The notes under the pieces: model-generated
Databases searched by the model: none
The model's input: only the letters and a program-made list of their open reading frames with translations
What the model was told of the DNA's origin: nothing
Assembly: GCA_965240325.2 (NCBI GenBank)
Contig: OZ251236.1
Span: 1,240,001-1,304,000 of the forward strand
Direction of reading: 5' to 3'
DNA from: Rebecca billardiae RCC1528
Taxonomy: Eukaryota > Protista > Haptophyta
Length of the DNA: 64,000 nucleotides
Position numbers and translations under genes: made by a program
In this document: positions 48,331 through 61,900 of the stretch, piece after piece
Layout of the letters: each line of letters opens with the position of its first letter
How positions within the stretch are numbered: position 1 is the first letter of the stretch

Positions 48331-48852
48331 TCACTGCAAGGCATCGTACGTGCCAGCAATGGCAAGGACTTCATCAAGAGCGGCAATCCCCTTCTTAAGC
48401 AAGTCCTGCGCCTTCGCCTTGTTCTCTTCGCGAGTAGCCTCGGCCACGCCGCCAAGCATGATGAGCACGTCGGCGCCAATGCCATAGCGCCGGATCGTGC
48501 CGATGGCGACCTTGTCATCCGCAGACAGGACGGGCGATTGTACGAGCACCGAGCAGTCCTTTTCCAGAGTACTCGAAGCACTTTCGACGGCATCCAATGC
48601 GCCGTCGAAGTTTGAACTCCCCAGTAGCGCATTGACACCTGCAAGCTCAGCGCGCGACGAGCGCATGCGGCCGACCGCAGCAGCTGCGTCTGACGCCTTG
48701 TACGTCTTGACCGCCGCAAAGACAGAGCGAGGTCGAGCGCAGACTGCGGCAGCCGTAATCGTGCAGAAAGCCTTGCGGCTGACGGCCACGGGTGAAGCCG
48801 TGCTGCAGGCGGACATCGTGACGAGGGTCATTGGGACGGCGAGCGACATCAT
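48331..48852 (-). CDS. Probable thylakoid-lumen helical protein of unknown function
   Basis: Leader with SRK, a hydrophobic stretch and VFA|A; amphipathic helical mature part containing IGTIRRYGIGADVLIM. Confidence 0.6.
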   Translation of the reverse strand: MMSLAVPMTLVTMSACSTASPVAVSRKAFCTITAAAVCARPRSVFAAVKTYKASDAAAAVGRMRSSRAELAGVNALLGSSNFDGALDAVESASSTLEKDCSVLVQSPVLSADDKVAIGTIRRYGIGADVLIMLGGVAEATREENKAKAQDLLKKGIAALDEVLAIAGTYDALQ

Positions 48853-48971
48853 CTCGCCCTCTTGTTCACGGCCGCGGCTTCACCGCCTTGCGCCCTTGCA
48901 AGCGCTGGTGGCGCACATGCACCACGGACCTTGACCGGACGGAGGAACTTGTGCCGGACACGGGAGTCCCA

Positions 48972-49814
48972 ATGGCGGACAGCGACCTCGAGCGACAAGC
49001 TTTGGAGGCGGAGGCCTTGCTGGCCATCTACCCCGACGGCGTCTTCTGGTCGGAGGGGGAGGGCGTATGGCACGCCCTTGTGAGCGATGCTAGTACAGCC
49101 CCCAGAGTCGAGCTGGCGCTGACCATCCCCGAGAACTACCCGTCGGCGGCGTCGCCTGGGCTGGCCATCGAGGCACCCGACATGACGCGTGAGTACAAGG
49201 AGCAGCTCCTGGCTCAGCTTGATGAGTTGAGCGTCGAGATGCGAGGCTGCGAGGTTGCGCATACGCTTATTGAGCACGCGCGTGAGTACGTCGCTGCCAA
49301 CTGCGCCGTCACAGTGGCGGAGCCGGCCGGTGCCAGAGAAGACCACGGGACGGCCTCTGCGCTCTCTGCCAATGAGAGCGCCCAGGAGACACCGGCTGGG
49401 CCTGTCCCGCACATCCACGCCGGCGAGCCCCTGACCGACCGCAAATCGACCTTCCAGGCGTTCGCAGCGCGCTGCTACTCCGAGGCCGATGTGCGCCGGG
49501 TCGTGCAGCACCTCCTGTCTGACAGGAAGATCGCACGCGCCACACATAACATGGTGGCGTGGCGGGTGTGGGACGAGCAGCGCCGCGTCCAGCTGCACGA
49601 CAACGACGACGACGGAGAGGCTGGTGCGGGCGTGAAGATGGCCGAGTTGTTGCACCTCATGCGTGTGAACAACCTCGTGGTCATGGTCTCTCGATGGTAC
49701 GGCGGCATCCACCTGGGCTCTGACCGATGGCGGCATATCGTGGCTACGGCCCGCCAGTGCATCGAAGACGCTGGCTTATTCAAGGCTGACGACGAAGCCG
49801 ACGCGGCGCGATGA
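48972..49814 (+). CDS. IMPACT: IMPACT/Yih1 family protein (RWD + UPF0029 domain)
   Basis: RWD motifs EAEALLAIY and PENYPS; then DRKSTFQA, ATHNMVAWR, DDDGEAGAG, VSRWYGGIHLG. Confidence 0.92.
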   Translation: MADSDLERQALEAEALLAIYPDGVFWSEGEGVWHALVSDASTAPRVELALTIPENYPSAASPGLAIEAPDMTREYKEQLLAQLDELSVEMRGCEVAHTLIEHAREYVAANCAVTVAEPAGAREDHGTASALSANESAQETPAGPVPHIHAGEPLTDRKSTFQAFAARCYSEADVRRVVQHLLSDRKIARATHNMVAWRVWDEQRRVQLHDNDDDGEAGAGVKMAELLHLMRVNNLVVMVSRWYGGIHLGSDRWRHIVATARQCIEDAGLFKADDEADAAR

Positions 49815-49893
49815 CGACGAGACGACGTGCGATGTGTACGTAGTCATGACGATGCTTACGACTACTGCTGTAATTGATGATATCGTCATGATA

Positions 49894-49894
<1 letters not shown>

Positions 49895-49921
<27 letters not shown>
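49895..49921. repeat. (ATT)n microsatellite between convergent genes
   Basis: Direct reading. Confidence 0.9.
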
Positions 49922-49924
<3 letters not shown>

Positions 49925-49982
49925 ATTACGATATGATATTATATTGCTCTATCAGTCATCCATCCGAACATCCGGATCCGCG

Positions 49983-52900
49983 TCAGTACCGTAGCTGAGT
50001 GATGAGCGCAACGCCGCGATTGATCCAGTGACTTTCGCTCTTGTCTGTCGGGATCTCGATGGGCATGACGTAATTGGTCGAGTGCCCTGTTGTGCTCAGC
50101 ACGCCGAACCGCGAGACGGTCTTGTACGTCGGCGCGGTGTAGATACCCGTCGTCGGCTTTACTCTGTTGGGCGTCGGCTTCAGGTTGAAGACGGGCATGG
50201 ACGAGTAGAGCTCCTTTGGCCTGGCCTCGGCCATCAGCTTCACGATCGGGTCCCACGAGGCGCCCTGCAGCGCGGGCGCGCGCGTCGCGTGGCCCGGGCA
50301 CACGCGTGAGCAGTGCACGCGTCTGCTGCGCGAGGCGCTCCGGGCTCGCGCGGCCTGCGCGGCGCGTGCGTGCGTGCGCGGGCGCGCACCTCGATGAAGA
50401 GGCCGTACACGAACACGCCCACCTCCGGCGGGCTCTCCAGCTCGGTGTGCGGCTGGTCGACCACCGCGTAGCCCCAGCTGATCGTGTCGATGGGCTCCTG
50501 CGACACGCGCGCATAGTTCTGCAGGGTGCCGGTGAGGAAGGCCTGCGGGAAGAAGAACCCCGAGATCCAGTACGACACCGGCTTGCCGTGGTCAAACCAG
50601 GCCTGGATGAAGCTCGTGCGGTCCTGCGCGCGTGGGCGCGCGCGTGGGCGCGCGGCCGGGCGGGGCGAGCGTGAGTCGCGTGCGGCCAGGACGCGCGTGT
50701 CCGCGCGCGCGTGTCGCGAGCGCGCGCTCACCTTGAGGTCGTTCACCCACGCGGCGAGCGGCTTGAGCGACGGGTACGCCTTGTCCGCCCACATCTGCGG
50801 CACCTGGTTGTTGAAGAGCGACGTGCCCATCCGCTCGAGCTCCTCCGACATCACGACCTCGCCCTTGATCGCCTTCTTGATCGACCTGAGCGAGAAGTGG
50901 ATCACGTGCAGCAGCCGGTTGTACCGCACAATCTCCTGCTGCAGCACCGTGTTCATGGACTCCTCGTACTTGGTCGGGTACTTGACCACGGCGCCCTCGA
51001 AGTCGAACTCGGGCACGACGCGCGTCTGCGCCGCACGAAGGCGCGCACCACGCGCGCGCGCGCCGCCGCCGATCAGCCACGGGAGGAGGAGCCAGGGGCG
51101 GGGGCCGGGGGGTGGGGGCGCTTCGCGGCGCGCGAGCGCGTCTCCGGGCGGCTGGCGCTCAGCTCGGACGCGCGAGGCGCGCGCACGCGCTCACCTGGAT
51201 GTCGGAGGCGACGTCTCCGATCTGCTCGTCGCGCGACTTGCCGCCGCCGGACGTCTGGCGCGGCTGCAGCTTGAGGATCGTCGCGAACAGCTCGTACGTC
51301 TCGTTCTGCGCGCACGTGATGTCGGCGTTGTCGTGCAGCCCAAACGCCTCGGGCGCGGCGTTGACCGGGAGCTCGGACACGTAGTCGAGGTAGCCCTGCC
51401 GGTCCTCCGCGCTGATCGAGCGGTAGTTGCCCGAGGCGGTGAACTGGTAGCCGTCGCGCGTGATGTTCTCGTTCAGGTACGCCTTGAGCATGTTGCCGAT
51501 CAGCCGGATGTCCCACGTGTCGGTCACGCGGCCGCCGTAGTTGACGACCGCGGTGAGGATGTTGAGCACCTTCCACGGAGGCTCTTCGTACTCGTCGATG
51601 AGCATGCGCGCCTGCATGAGGCACACGTCGCGGTCGCCGTCGGTGAACTCGTACGGGATGTTCCAGCCGAGCGGGCCGAACTTGCGCCGCTCGAGGATCG
51701 ACGCGTGGAAGAGCATGATGGCGAACTGCACCTTGCGCCACACGTCGGGCGTCTTGGTCGCGCCAAACGAGTCCTCCTGCGCGGTCGTGAGCGCGGTGCG
51801 CAGGTTGAGCCGGAGGCCCTTGGGCGGCTCGAAGGTCATCTTGACGCCGTTCTGCAGCACCGAGACGGGGAAGAACTTGGACGGCATCGAGGTGAGCCAC
51901 AGCCGGTAGTCCGGGTTCGTCTTGTCGATCTCGACGTCCTCGACCTCCTTCTCGAGCGTCGTCATCCAGGACTGGAAGAGGTGGCAGTTCATCAGCAGCA
52001 CCCACTTGCCCTGCTCCTTGCCGTCCTTGATCATCTTCTCCGCCTTGGGGCCCTGCCCCTGGCCGAGCGAGATCGACTCGAGCTTGTCCGCCATCCGCAC
52101 CTCCTTCGCGTACTCGCGCAGCACCTTCACCGGGTCCGCGCCCGACGAGAGCACGAAGATGAGCGGCAGCGTCGGGCTCGAGTCGGGGTAGGCGAGCGAG
52201 AGGTCAAACGGCGGCGGCTCGATGAACCGCTGCCCGAGGTGGTACCGGACGAAGGCCTGCACGGCGGGGACGACCTTGTCGGGGCGGAGCGCGCGCAGCA
52301 CGAGCATCTTCTGCAGCAGGTCGAGCGCCTCGTCCCACCGCCCCGGCAGCGCCTCGTCCTGCGGCGTGAGCGAGTCGATGATCGCGCGCCACGGCTCCGG
52401 GTTGGCCGACACGTCCGCGTCCAGCGCCGCAAACTTGGGCAGCGCCGAGAGGTTGATCAGCTCGATCCACGCCTTGTCGTCGAGCCACGCGACGGCGGGG
52501 CGGGGCACGTCGTGGCCCTCGCCCGTCGCCATCCCGCCCGCCAGCAGGAAGCGCCACTCCGCCATGTCCACCATCTTCTCGCCCATGAGCACCTTGACGC
52601 ACACGAGGAAGGAGAACATGAGCTTGTGCACCTCAAACAGCGAGCGGCACACGTTCACGTACAGCGAGTAGGTCACGTAGTCGTTCACGTTGGTGAGCCG
52701 CTGGTGCAGGTCGTCCGAGGCCTCGGCGCGGCCGATCCCCGTGACGAAGAGCTGCGTGAACCAGCTCAGCGAGTACTGGTACATCGGGTCGATCAGCGAG
52801 AGGTCGGAGATGGCGAAGAAGAGCGTCGCGCCGCGGAAGGCGACCGGCACGTACTTCTCGCGCGTCTCGTCAATCTCCTTCTCGGCGATCTCGGCCTCGG

Positions 52901-55900
52901 CGAGGGCGGTCTGGATCTGCTCGGAGGTCTCCTTGGACACGCCGAGCGTCTCGATCAGCTTCGTGTCGTCGAGGATGTTCCCCTCCGAGTTCGAGAGCAT
53001 GTAGAGGATGTCGGACTGCAGCTCGCTCAGCTTGCGCCGGTTCTCAGCGCCCTCGACCACCAGCCTGTTCTTCTTCTCGGCGAGGTCGGGCCGCTCGGTG
53101 GCGACGACCATGCCGAGCAGCTGCTCCTCGAGGCCGTCGGGCGTGATGGTGAAGTTGATCAGCGTCACCTTCACCTGCACCTCCGGCGCGTAGTGCGGGT
53201 TCGGGATCACCGTCGTGAGCGAGAAGCGGAAGTCCGGGTGGAAGGGGATCACCGAGTCGCCCAGCTTGAGCACGAGCGTGCCCGACGCGTCCTTGTACGT
53301 CTGGTTGAGCAGCACGGGCTCGAGGAAGGGGTCGAGGTGCTCGAGCACGTTCTCGAGCATCACGGGCGTGCCCAGCCGGATGCCCAGCTCGAGGTTCTGC
53401 TGGATCTTCTTGCTCGAGTCCGACGCCTTGATCGCCTTGAGCTGCGCCTTGGCCTGCGACGTCTTGAGGAACTTGTTCGCCTGCCCCTGCGGGTCGATCA
53501 GCAGCGGCCAGCGCGGCGTGCGCGAGATGATGCAGCCGTTCTCCACGGAGAACGAGTCGGCGGGGAGCCCGTCGATCGTCCACTGCCGGATCTCCACGGG
53601 CGTCGAGAGGATCGCCGGCACGCTCACGCCCTTCGAGAAGGGCACCTTGTTCTCGTCGAGCGACGTCTTCCACGTCGCGATCAGGTCGGCGCGGTACGTT
53701 GCGACAAACGGGCCGAGGTACGAGATGAGCGCGGCGCAGATGAGCACGTCGCCGGTGATGCCGTCCATCTGGCGCTGGTACTCCGCCGACTGCGTCTCCC
53801 AGTTCGACGCCTCGCCGCCCAGCCCCGAGAGCAGCTTCTCCGCGTTGCCCAGCTGGCGCTCGCACCGCTCGGTCTCCTCCTCGAGCTGCGCCTTCTTCTC
53901 GATCGCCGCGGTCAGCGCGGCCTCGAGCTTCTCGACGCGCTCGACGACGGCCTGGAGCTTGGCGGACGCGGCGTCGCGCGAGGCCGCCGCCGCGTTGAGC
54001 TGCTCCGTCGCCGCCGCGAGCTGCTGCCGCTTCGGCTCCACCTCCTTGGAGACGTAGTAGTAGGAGCGCATCGCGTGCGTCCACATGCACATCGCCTCGC
54101 ACGCGACCGACACCTTGGCGATCGCCTCGGGCTGGAAGGCCTCGTCGTCGCAGACGGGGTCGATGATCTTGATGGTCGACTCCTTGATCGAGTCCTTGTC
54201 GAACTCGACCAGCCGCGTCTTCAGCTTGTCCGGCCCCAGGTCGTTGAGCAGCTTCTGCGACGCGCCCCACCAGTCGTCGACCTTCTGCCCAGAGTCGGGG
54301 TCGGTCGTCTTGCCCGGCTTGATCTCAAACATGATGCACACCGCCTTGAGCACGAGCTTCACGCCGGACGGCGGCTTCTTGAGCGCCTTGATCTCGACGA
54401 TCTGGTCCTTCTTCAGCTTCGAGAGCGACTTCACCGCCTCCTCCAGCGCGGGCAGCGCCTTGGCCAGCCCCTCCTCCGCCGACGCCTTGATGCCCTCGCA
54501 CTCGGCCGCCTTGGCCGCCGCCGCCTCGGCGGCCGCCTCGGCGTCGACGCGGATGAGCGCGGCCTGCTCCTTGTCGGCGGCGATCTGGACCTGCTGCTCC
54601 TCGACCTCGACCTTGGTCCGCTCGAGCACGGGCTGGTTCTCCTCGAGCTGCGCCTGCAGCCCCGCCACCTGCGCCTTGGTCGAGGCGAGCTTCTCGAGGC
54701 CGATCACGAGCCGGTTGCGCTGCTCGGTCAGGTGCGAGTAGCGCGAGCCGTGCAGCGACTTGAGCACGGAGAGGAGCGAGAGGTACGAGGTGGGCGTGAC
54801 CTGGTTGTACCGCTGCATCTCCTCCATGTACCGCGTCGATGAGCGCTCCACCGACTGGTGCATCAGCACGCACATCCGGATCAGCCCGGGGTACTCCTCC
54901 GGCTTGACCGAGCCCTCGAGCTCGGCGAGGTTGGTGCGCGCGACCGACGAGAGCGCCGTCTCGGGCCACGGCGAGAACCAGTCGATCGTGCAGCAGTTGA
55001 CGAGCGAGGGGAACTGGCGGATGCGCGTGCGGTACGCCTCGGAGAGCGGCGACATCGCGAGCACGATGTGGATCCGCGCGCGGATCTGCTCGACGAACGC
55101 GGCGTACAGGTTGGTCTTGGAGATTGGGATCTTGCGCTGCTGCAGCTGCGGCGTCACCTTCTCAAAGATCGGCCCGAGGTCGGCGTCGTCGAAGAGGTTG
55201 GGCACCTCGCCGGAGGAGAGGATGTTGTTGATGTTCTCGAGGAAGATCTCGTTCACGATCTGCGTGTCCGTGAAGAGGAACGCCACGTGCTTCGCCTCGT
55301 GCCCCGCGAGCGTGAGCACCTGCTTGAGCGAGTCGCGCCACTCGCGCACGCCGTACGACTTTGTGATCTCGACCTGGAAGAGCTCGTACTCGGCGATGTG
55401 CACGGCGAGCTTGGTGAGCGACTGGCGGCCCGAGCCGCCGACGCCGAGGAGCAGCGCGTTGCCGCCCGGCTGGCGCAGCACGCGGCAGATCTTGCAGATG
55501 TGCTCGACCGCGTCGGTGAAGAGCACCAGGTGCATCGGCATGTGCAGCTCGTTGTACTCGGCGAGCGTGTCCGCCATCGAGCGCTTGAAGCGCGGGTAGT
55601 CGGTGACGAGCTCGTAGATGGGCGGCTCCTGCCCGGGCGTGACGAAGTCGGCGTACACGAGCCGCGCGCCGTCCGCGACCAGCTGCTCGAACGGCAGCTT
55701 GAAGAACTCGGTGCACTTGGCGCGCAGCACCGAGTCGAACCAGTCGCGGTCCTCGTCGTTGATCAGCCGGTCCGAGAAGACGCGCATGCACTCGTGCACC
55801 CACAGCCGGACGAGGTCGGGCTTCTCGGCGATGCGCCGCTTGTCCGCCATGCACACGCCCTGCACCACCTTGGCGATGTCGCGCAGGTTGAACGTGTAGT

Positions 55901-58900
55901 GCGACTTCTGCGGCGTGGGCAGCAGCTGCTCGCACACGGTGTGGTAGATGCCGAGCGTCGCGCCCACGAGCGGGTTGGCGAGCTCGGCGAGCGCCGGGAA
56001 GGTGGCGCCGCACAGCCCGTCGAGGATCGTGCCGAAGATGGTGGAGATCACCGCGTCGGACATGTCCACGAACGAGAGGAAGTGCATGTGCCGCAGCATC
56101 CGGTTCGACACCGGGTTGCGCCCGCCGCCCGGCGGGCCCATCGCGCCGATCAGCGTGACGTCGACGATCGAGCGCCACCGCAGCGTCTTGAGGTCGTACC
56201 AGCCGCCGCCCGCCGAGCCGGTGTGCCGGTCGGGGCAGATGTCGATGGCGGTGCGCAGCAGCTCGAGCGGCGGCTGCGCGCCGTACACCTCGCGCTTCGG
56301 CATGTTGAAGTCGTCGATGAAGATGTTGAAGCGCTTGCCCAGCACCGGGCCCCACATCGTGTACGCGAGGCCCGAGTCCTTGTCCGTGCCCTGCCGCCGC
56401 TTCTCGAACTTGCCGTCGAGGATGTCCTGCGTCTGGTTGGCGCCGGTCTGCGCGGAGAAGGCCATCAGGATCGGCTCGAAGCGCTCGGGCATGCCGCGCG
56501 ACAGCTTCTGCTGCACCGTCACCGACTTGGCCGTGCCGGTGGGGCCGACGCACATCGTGTGCGTGTGGTTGGTGAGCAGCGTCTCCAGCAGCGCCGCGTA
56601 GCAGATCGACGCGTCGGTCGGCACGATGATCGCGGCGAAGTCGCGCTGGTAGTCGATCTTGTCGGGGATCTCGTACGGCGGCGCGGTCTGCGACCACTTC
56701 GTCCAGCGCGGCGGCGACGGCTCCAGGTCGAGGTAGAAGTCGAAGACGAGCCCGCCGGACGGCAGCGCGGGCTGCATGCGGAACGGGCCCGTGCCGGCGC
56801 CGCGCAGCCACGCGTCGAAGGGCGCGCGCGACTCGCCGTCGAGCACGGCGCCGAGCGACCAGGTGAGCGCGTACACGAAGACGGCGCAGAGCACCGACGG
56901 CTCGAGCGCCGTCGCCAGCCGCTTCGCCCCCGCCTCCGCCTGCTCGGCGCTCTGGTTCTCCTGCGGCAGCAGCGGCAGCAGCAGCGCGTCCAGCATGCGC
57001 AGCACGCCGCCCACCTGGTTGGGGCCGACGGCCTGCACGGTCTGGCGCAGCTGCAGCCGGATGAGCTCGAGGCCGTCGTGGAGCAGGTGGTCGCACAGCT
57101 TCGCCAGCGGCTCGCGCGCCTTGTGCAGCGGCTCGGGCAGCCGCTCGAGCCACGACTTGATGAGCGGCGTCTCGTGCGGCTTGAGGCCTGCGCCCGGGTT
57201 GATGCGCGACTCGGGCAGCAGGTAGCCCGGCTCGACGAAGATCATGCCGCAGCGCGAGACGGTGGCGGGCGAGGCGACGGCGAGGTCCTCCACCTCGAAC
57301 ATCATCCGGTTCGACGGCGCGAGCGGGATGATCTCGCCCGAGGTGAGGCAGAGCTTCTTGTTGTCGTCCAGCACCGTGTTCATGTTCTCGATCCAGACCG
57401 CGTCGACCGGCCCGTCAAACATCATCCACTTGATGTCGTGCTCGGTGACGCCGGTCTCCTCGGTGTCGGGCTGCGACATGTGCCGGATGAGCGTCGCCGC
57501 GATCCCGTCCGTCCACTCGCCCGTCTGCAGGTCGAACGCGCCGTACAGCTGGTTCTGCGTGATCGACTTTGGGTTGCACAGGTAGACGCGCGTCATCTCG
57601 AACCCCTCCTCGCCCTTGAGGGTCGAGATGGCGCCCTGCAGCGTGCGCAGCACGCGCGTCTTGCCGCCGCCGGTCGGGCCGACGAGCATCATGCCGTGGC
57701 GCACCACCGTCATCTCGTACAGCTGGATGCACTTGAGCATGAACTCGGGCACGCACTGCAGCCCGAACGCGGCCGCCTGCTCGCGCACCGCCGCCTCGAG
57801 CGACGGGTACTCCGCCTTGGGCTCCTGCACGCCCGGGAAGAGGTCGGAGATGATCGAGCGGAAGAGGATGATGTCGTCGCGGAGGAACTTGGGCATGTTC
57901 GAGTCGCGGATCGCGCGGAGCATGATCAGGTCCTCCTCCATCTGCGACTGCGTGCGCTTGAGGATGCCCGCCGCCTGGATGACCGTGTTGACGGCGCGCA
58001 TCCCAAAGTCGTAGTGGTCCTGCGACGAGAGCTGCTCGCTCGAGAGGCGGAAGGTGCCGACGAGCTTCTGCGCGAGGAGGCGCGACTCGTCGAAGCCGAA
58101 CGAGAAGAGCCGGATCTCGCCGATCAGCGCGTAGTCCGGCACCATCATCGCCACCGGCCGGAAGAGCACCTTGAGGTTGTCCGGCAGCTCGGTGCGGCCC
58201 GCGTACCCGGGGTTCATCGTGATGAAGACGGAGCACGTGGGGTTGAGCTTGACGATGGCGCCCTCGAACTCGAACTCCTTGCGCGCGTCGATGATGGCGT
58301 TGGTGATCGTGAGGATCTGCTGCGCCACCACCGAGAGCACCTCGATGTCGATCCGGTTGAACTCGTCGAAGCACGCCCACGCGCCCGCGGTCGCGATGCC
58401 CTTGAAGAAGCGGCCCATCGACTTGTAGTCGAGCCCGTCCGAGCAGTTGAAGACGACGCACTGCTTGGCGAGCGCCTTGGCGAGGTCCTTGACCGACTCG
58501 GTCTTGCCCGTCCCCGCCGGCCCGGCCGGCGCGCCGCCCAGGTGCATGTGCAGCGCGCCCATCAGCGTCATGTAGCACTTGTCGGTGAGCGGCGTGATCA
58601 CGAGCCTCGACGAGTTGCCCAGGTACTCGTACCCGTACGGGAACGTGCACTGCACCATGCGCGCAAAGAGGTTGGTGGCGCCGAAGTCGGAGGGGACGTC
58701 CTCCCAGTAGTAGCGCAGCTGCGAGACCCACTCGAAGTCCGTGGCGCGCTCGATCCCCGCCTCGACCAGCCGCTCCACCACGTCGCGCGCGTGCACCTCC
58801 ATCACGATCAGCGCCGCCATCGTGAGCGACTGCAGCTTGCTCAGCTTCGTGCGCACCAGCTTCGTCAGCTCCTTGAGCTGCTCGATCTGCTTGTCGTAGT

Positions 58901-61900
58901 ACGCGCGCACGCCGGCGGTCGACTCGGTGAGCGCCTCCTCCACCTCCACCGTCCAGTAGTGCCCCGTCGCGGCGATCACCACCATGCCCTCCCACTTGAG
59001 GCAGAAGTCGCCGCGCGGCTGGCCGGGCGTGCGGTAGTCGGCGAGCGCGAGCTCGATCCGCTTGCGCACCGAGCGCTGCATCATCGCCTCGATGTCGCCC
59101 ATCCAGAACTCGACGGAGCCCTTGGGCTGGAGCGTCTCGACGAACTGCACCGTCTCCTTCTCCGCCGACGTCATCGACGACATCGTGTTCTCCGCGCCCT
59201 CCATCGTGATCGAGTTGACCGCCTCGAAGCACTTGCGCAGGTGCGGCTGCACCGCCGCCGGGTCCTTGGTCTGCGAGAGGATCGAGATGAGCTCGTCGTT
59301 CGAGAGGAAGTAGAAGCGGGCGAAGGCGGCGCGCTTGGTCTCGAGGTAGTCCGCCAGGTTCTTCTGCACGCGCTCCAGCTCCTCGTTCGCCTTGGTGAAC
59401 TGCTTGAGCAGCTCGGCGTCGTCGCAGAACGTGATGATGTTGGGCGCGGCGCTCACGCGCTCGATCGTCTTGCGCCAGTTGCGGTCCACGCCCGAGAAGC
59501 GCTTGCCCTCGGCGGGGAGCTGGCGGTTGATGTCCTCCGAGTCGAAGATGGGCTGCAGGTACATCCAGTTCCGCTGGCACGCGAGCCACTCCGTCGTCAC
59601 GTCCTGCACCAGCCGCAGCTGCCGCTCCCAGTCGGCGATCCGCTCCTCGAACGGCTCCTTGTACGGCGAGAAGGAGAACTGCTGCGTCAGCACGATGTGG
59701 TCGTCGAGCACGGTGTTCACCTCGTCCGAGAGCTTGATCACGCCGGTGCCCGTCGCGCGGTACGGCAGGATCTCGAAGTTGAGGCTCGCCCACGCGTCCT
59801 GCATCTCGTTCAGCGACTTCTCGATCGCGTACTCCTTGCGCGCCTGGTCGCACGTGCGCTCGATCGTCTCGAGCGTCTTGGGCGCGTGCAGCTGCAGCCC
59901 GTTCGTCGCGTCGCGCAGCGTGAACGACGGGTTGGGGTGGAGGTCGAAGCCGAGCTGCGCGGAGAGCGCGCTCCAGTGGCGCTCGCGCATCCCCTTGTCG
60001 CGCAGCGCCTTCACCAGCGGCACGAACGGCGCGAACGCCGCCATCTCCTCCTTGATCTGCGAGGCGATCGCGAGGCAGCCCGGCTGCTCGCGGAACGCCT
60101 TGACCGCCTTGACCATCGCGCGCTGCGCCTCGCTGAACGACTTGTCGACGTCGTCGGGGTCGAGCTCGACCAGCGGCCCGTCGAGCCACTTGGAGTGCCA
60201 CTTCGACCAGCTGTGCGCGTTCGACCACAGCGACGCGTACGGCTCGAAGTCGCGCGCGAGCTTGTCGATGCCGTCGTACTCGGTGCGCTCCTCGACGGCG
60301 AAGAGCTCCTCGCGCGCCGCAAACGTGTTCGCCTTCGCGCGGTACTCGGCGATGGAGGCCTCGACCTCGGAGGCCATCTGGTGGATCTGCTCGACGCGCG
60401 ACATCTCGGCGTGCTGCCCGAAGTCGGCCACCTTGTACTTGAGCTCCTCCAGCTGCCGCTCGAACCCCTTCTGCTCGTTGACCATCTCGGCGTGGAAGGT
60501 GGCGCGGTCCTCCTGCATCAGCTTGGCCGCCTCGTCCATCTTGAGCTGCATGCGCATCGGCCAGTGGAAGCACGCCCAGCGCGCGGTCATGTCCTCGCGC
60601 TGCACGTCGTGCTTGAACGACTCGAGCACGTCGTAGTGCGCCATCATCTCGTCGATCTGCTCCTGCGCCGCCTCGACGGACGCGGAGCACTCGGTCATGT
60701 ACTCTGTCAGCTCGGTCAGCCGCTCGATCGTCGCGGGCGTCTCCTGCAGCGTCGAGTGCATCGCGACGAAGGACTCGTTGAGCTTGCGCACGCGCTCGCG
60801 CGCGCGCGCGTCGATGAGCTGGAGCACCAGGTCGATCACCTGCGTGTGCTTGTCGATCATCAGCTGCCGCACCTGCGCCACCGAGACGAGGTAGCAGCCG
60901 ATCGCCACGAGGTGCGGCAGCTCGCGCTCGAGCCGCGCGCGCGACGCGACGTGGTCGTCCACCTTCGCCTTCATCTCGGCGAGCGAGGGGCGCTTGTCCT
61001 CCTCGGCGTCCGCGTTGGCGAACGCCTTGACGTACGCCTGCACGTCCAGCGCGATGTGCGGCAGGTGCTTGCCGAAGTCCTCCAGGTACTCCGTGAGCGG
61101 CTCGACCGACGCCTCGAGCGCGCCCTTCATGCGCTCCTTGGCCGCGCCCACCTGCGGCTCCTCCGCCGACACGGTCGGCAGGTCGCCCACGTCCTCGACG
61201 GGCTTGCCGAAGGTGAGGTCGAACGGGTCGAGCGGGCGTAGCCCCGCGATCGCGTTCACCGCCTCGTCCACCAGCCGCGTGGGCACGCTCGAGAAGAACT
61301 CGGGCGACGTCGAGTAGAAGAGCTCGTCGACGTGCGCCACCAGGTCGAGCACAAACAGCGCCGGCCGCTGCAGCACGTCCGGGTCCTCGGCGTAGCCGCG
61401 CCGCGCGGCGTGCTCGCAGATGAAGTCGGCGTACGCCTCGAGCGAGGTGTTCGTCACGATGCGCAGCGTGTCCGCCGCCATCAGGTTGATCGTGCGCGTC
61501 ATCCGCCGCGTGCGCAGCCCGTGGTCGGGGTCGGGCGGCTCGTCGGCCAACGCGGCGGCGGCGGCGCTCAGCCCGAGCTCGTCCGCGCTCGGCGACTCGT
61601 ACACCGAGGGCTGCGGCGCGGGCTGGCGCCACGCGGGCGTGGCGTCGACGATGGCGGAGAGCACACCCTTCTTCACCGTCGGCTGCCACGAGTCGCGCAG
61701 GAACTGCACGAAGCGCATGATGTGCTGCATCTGCATCTGCTCGAAGTCCTCGAGCCGGATCGACGCCGAGAGCTCGAGGTTGTACAGCGAGAGCTTCTGC
61801 AGCTGCAGGCACTCGTACCGCACCTGCAGCATGGCGACGACGGCCTCGGGCAGCGCGGCGGCGGCGATCGAGCGGAACGAGCCCGCGCACGACGCGTACT

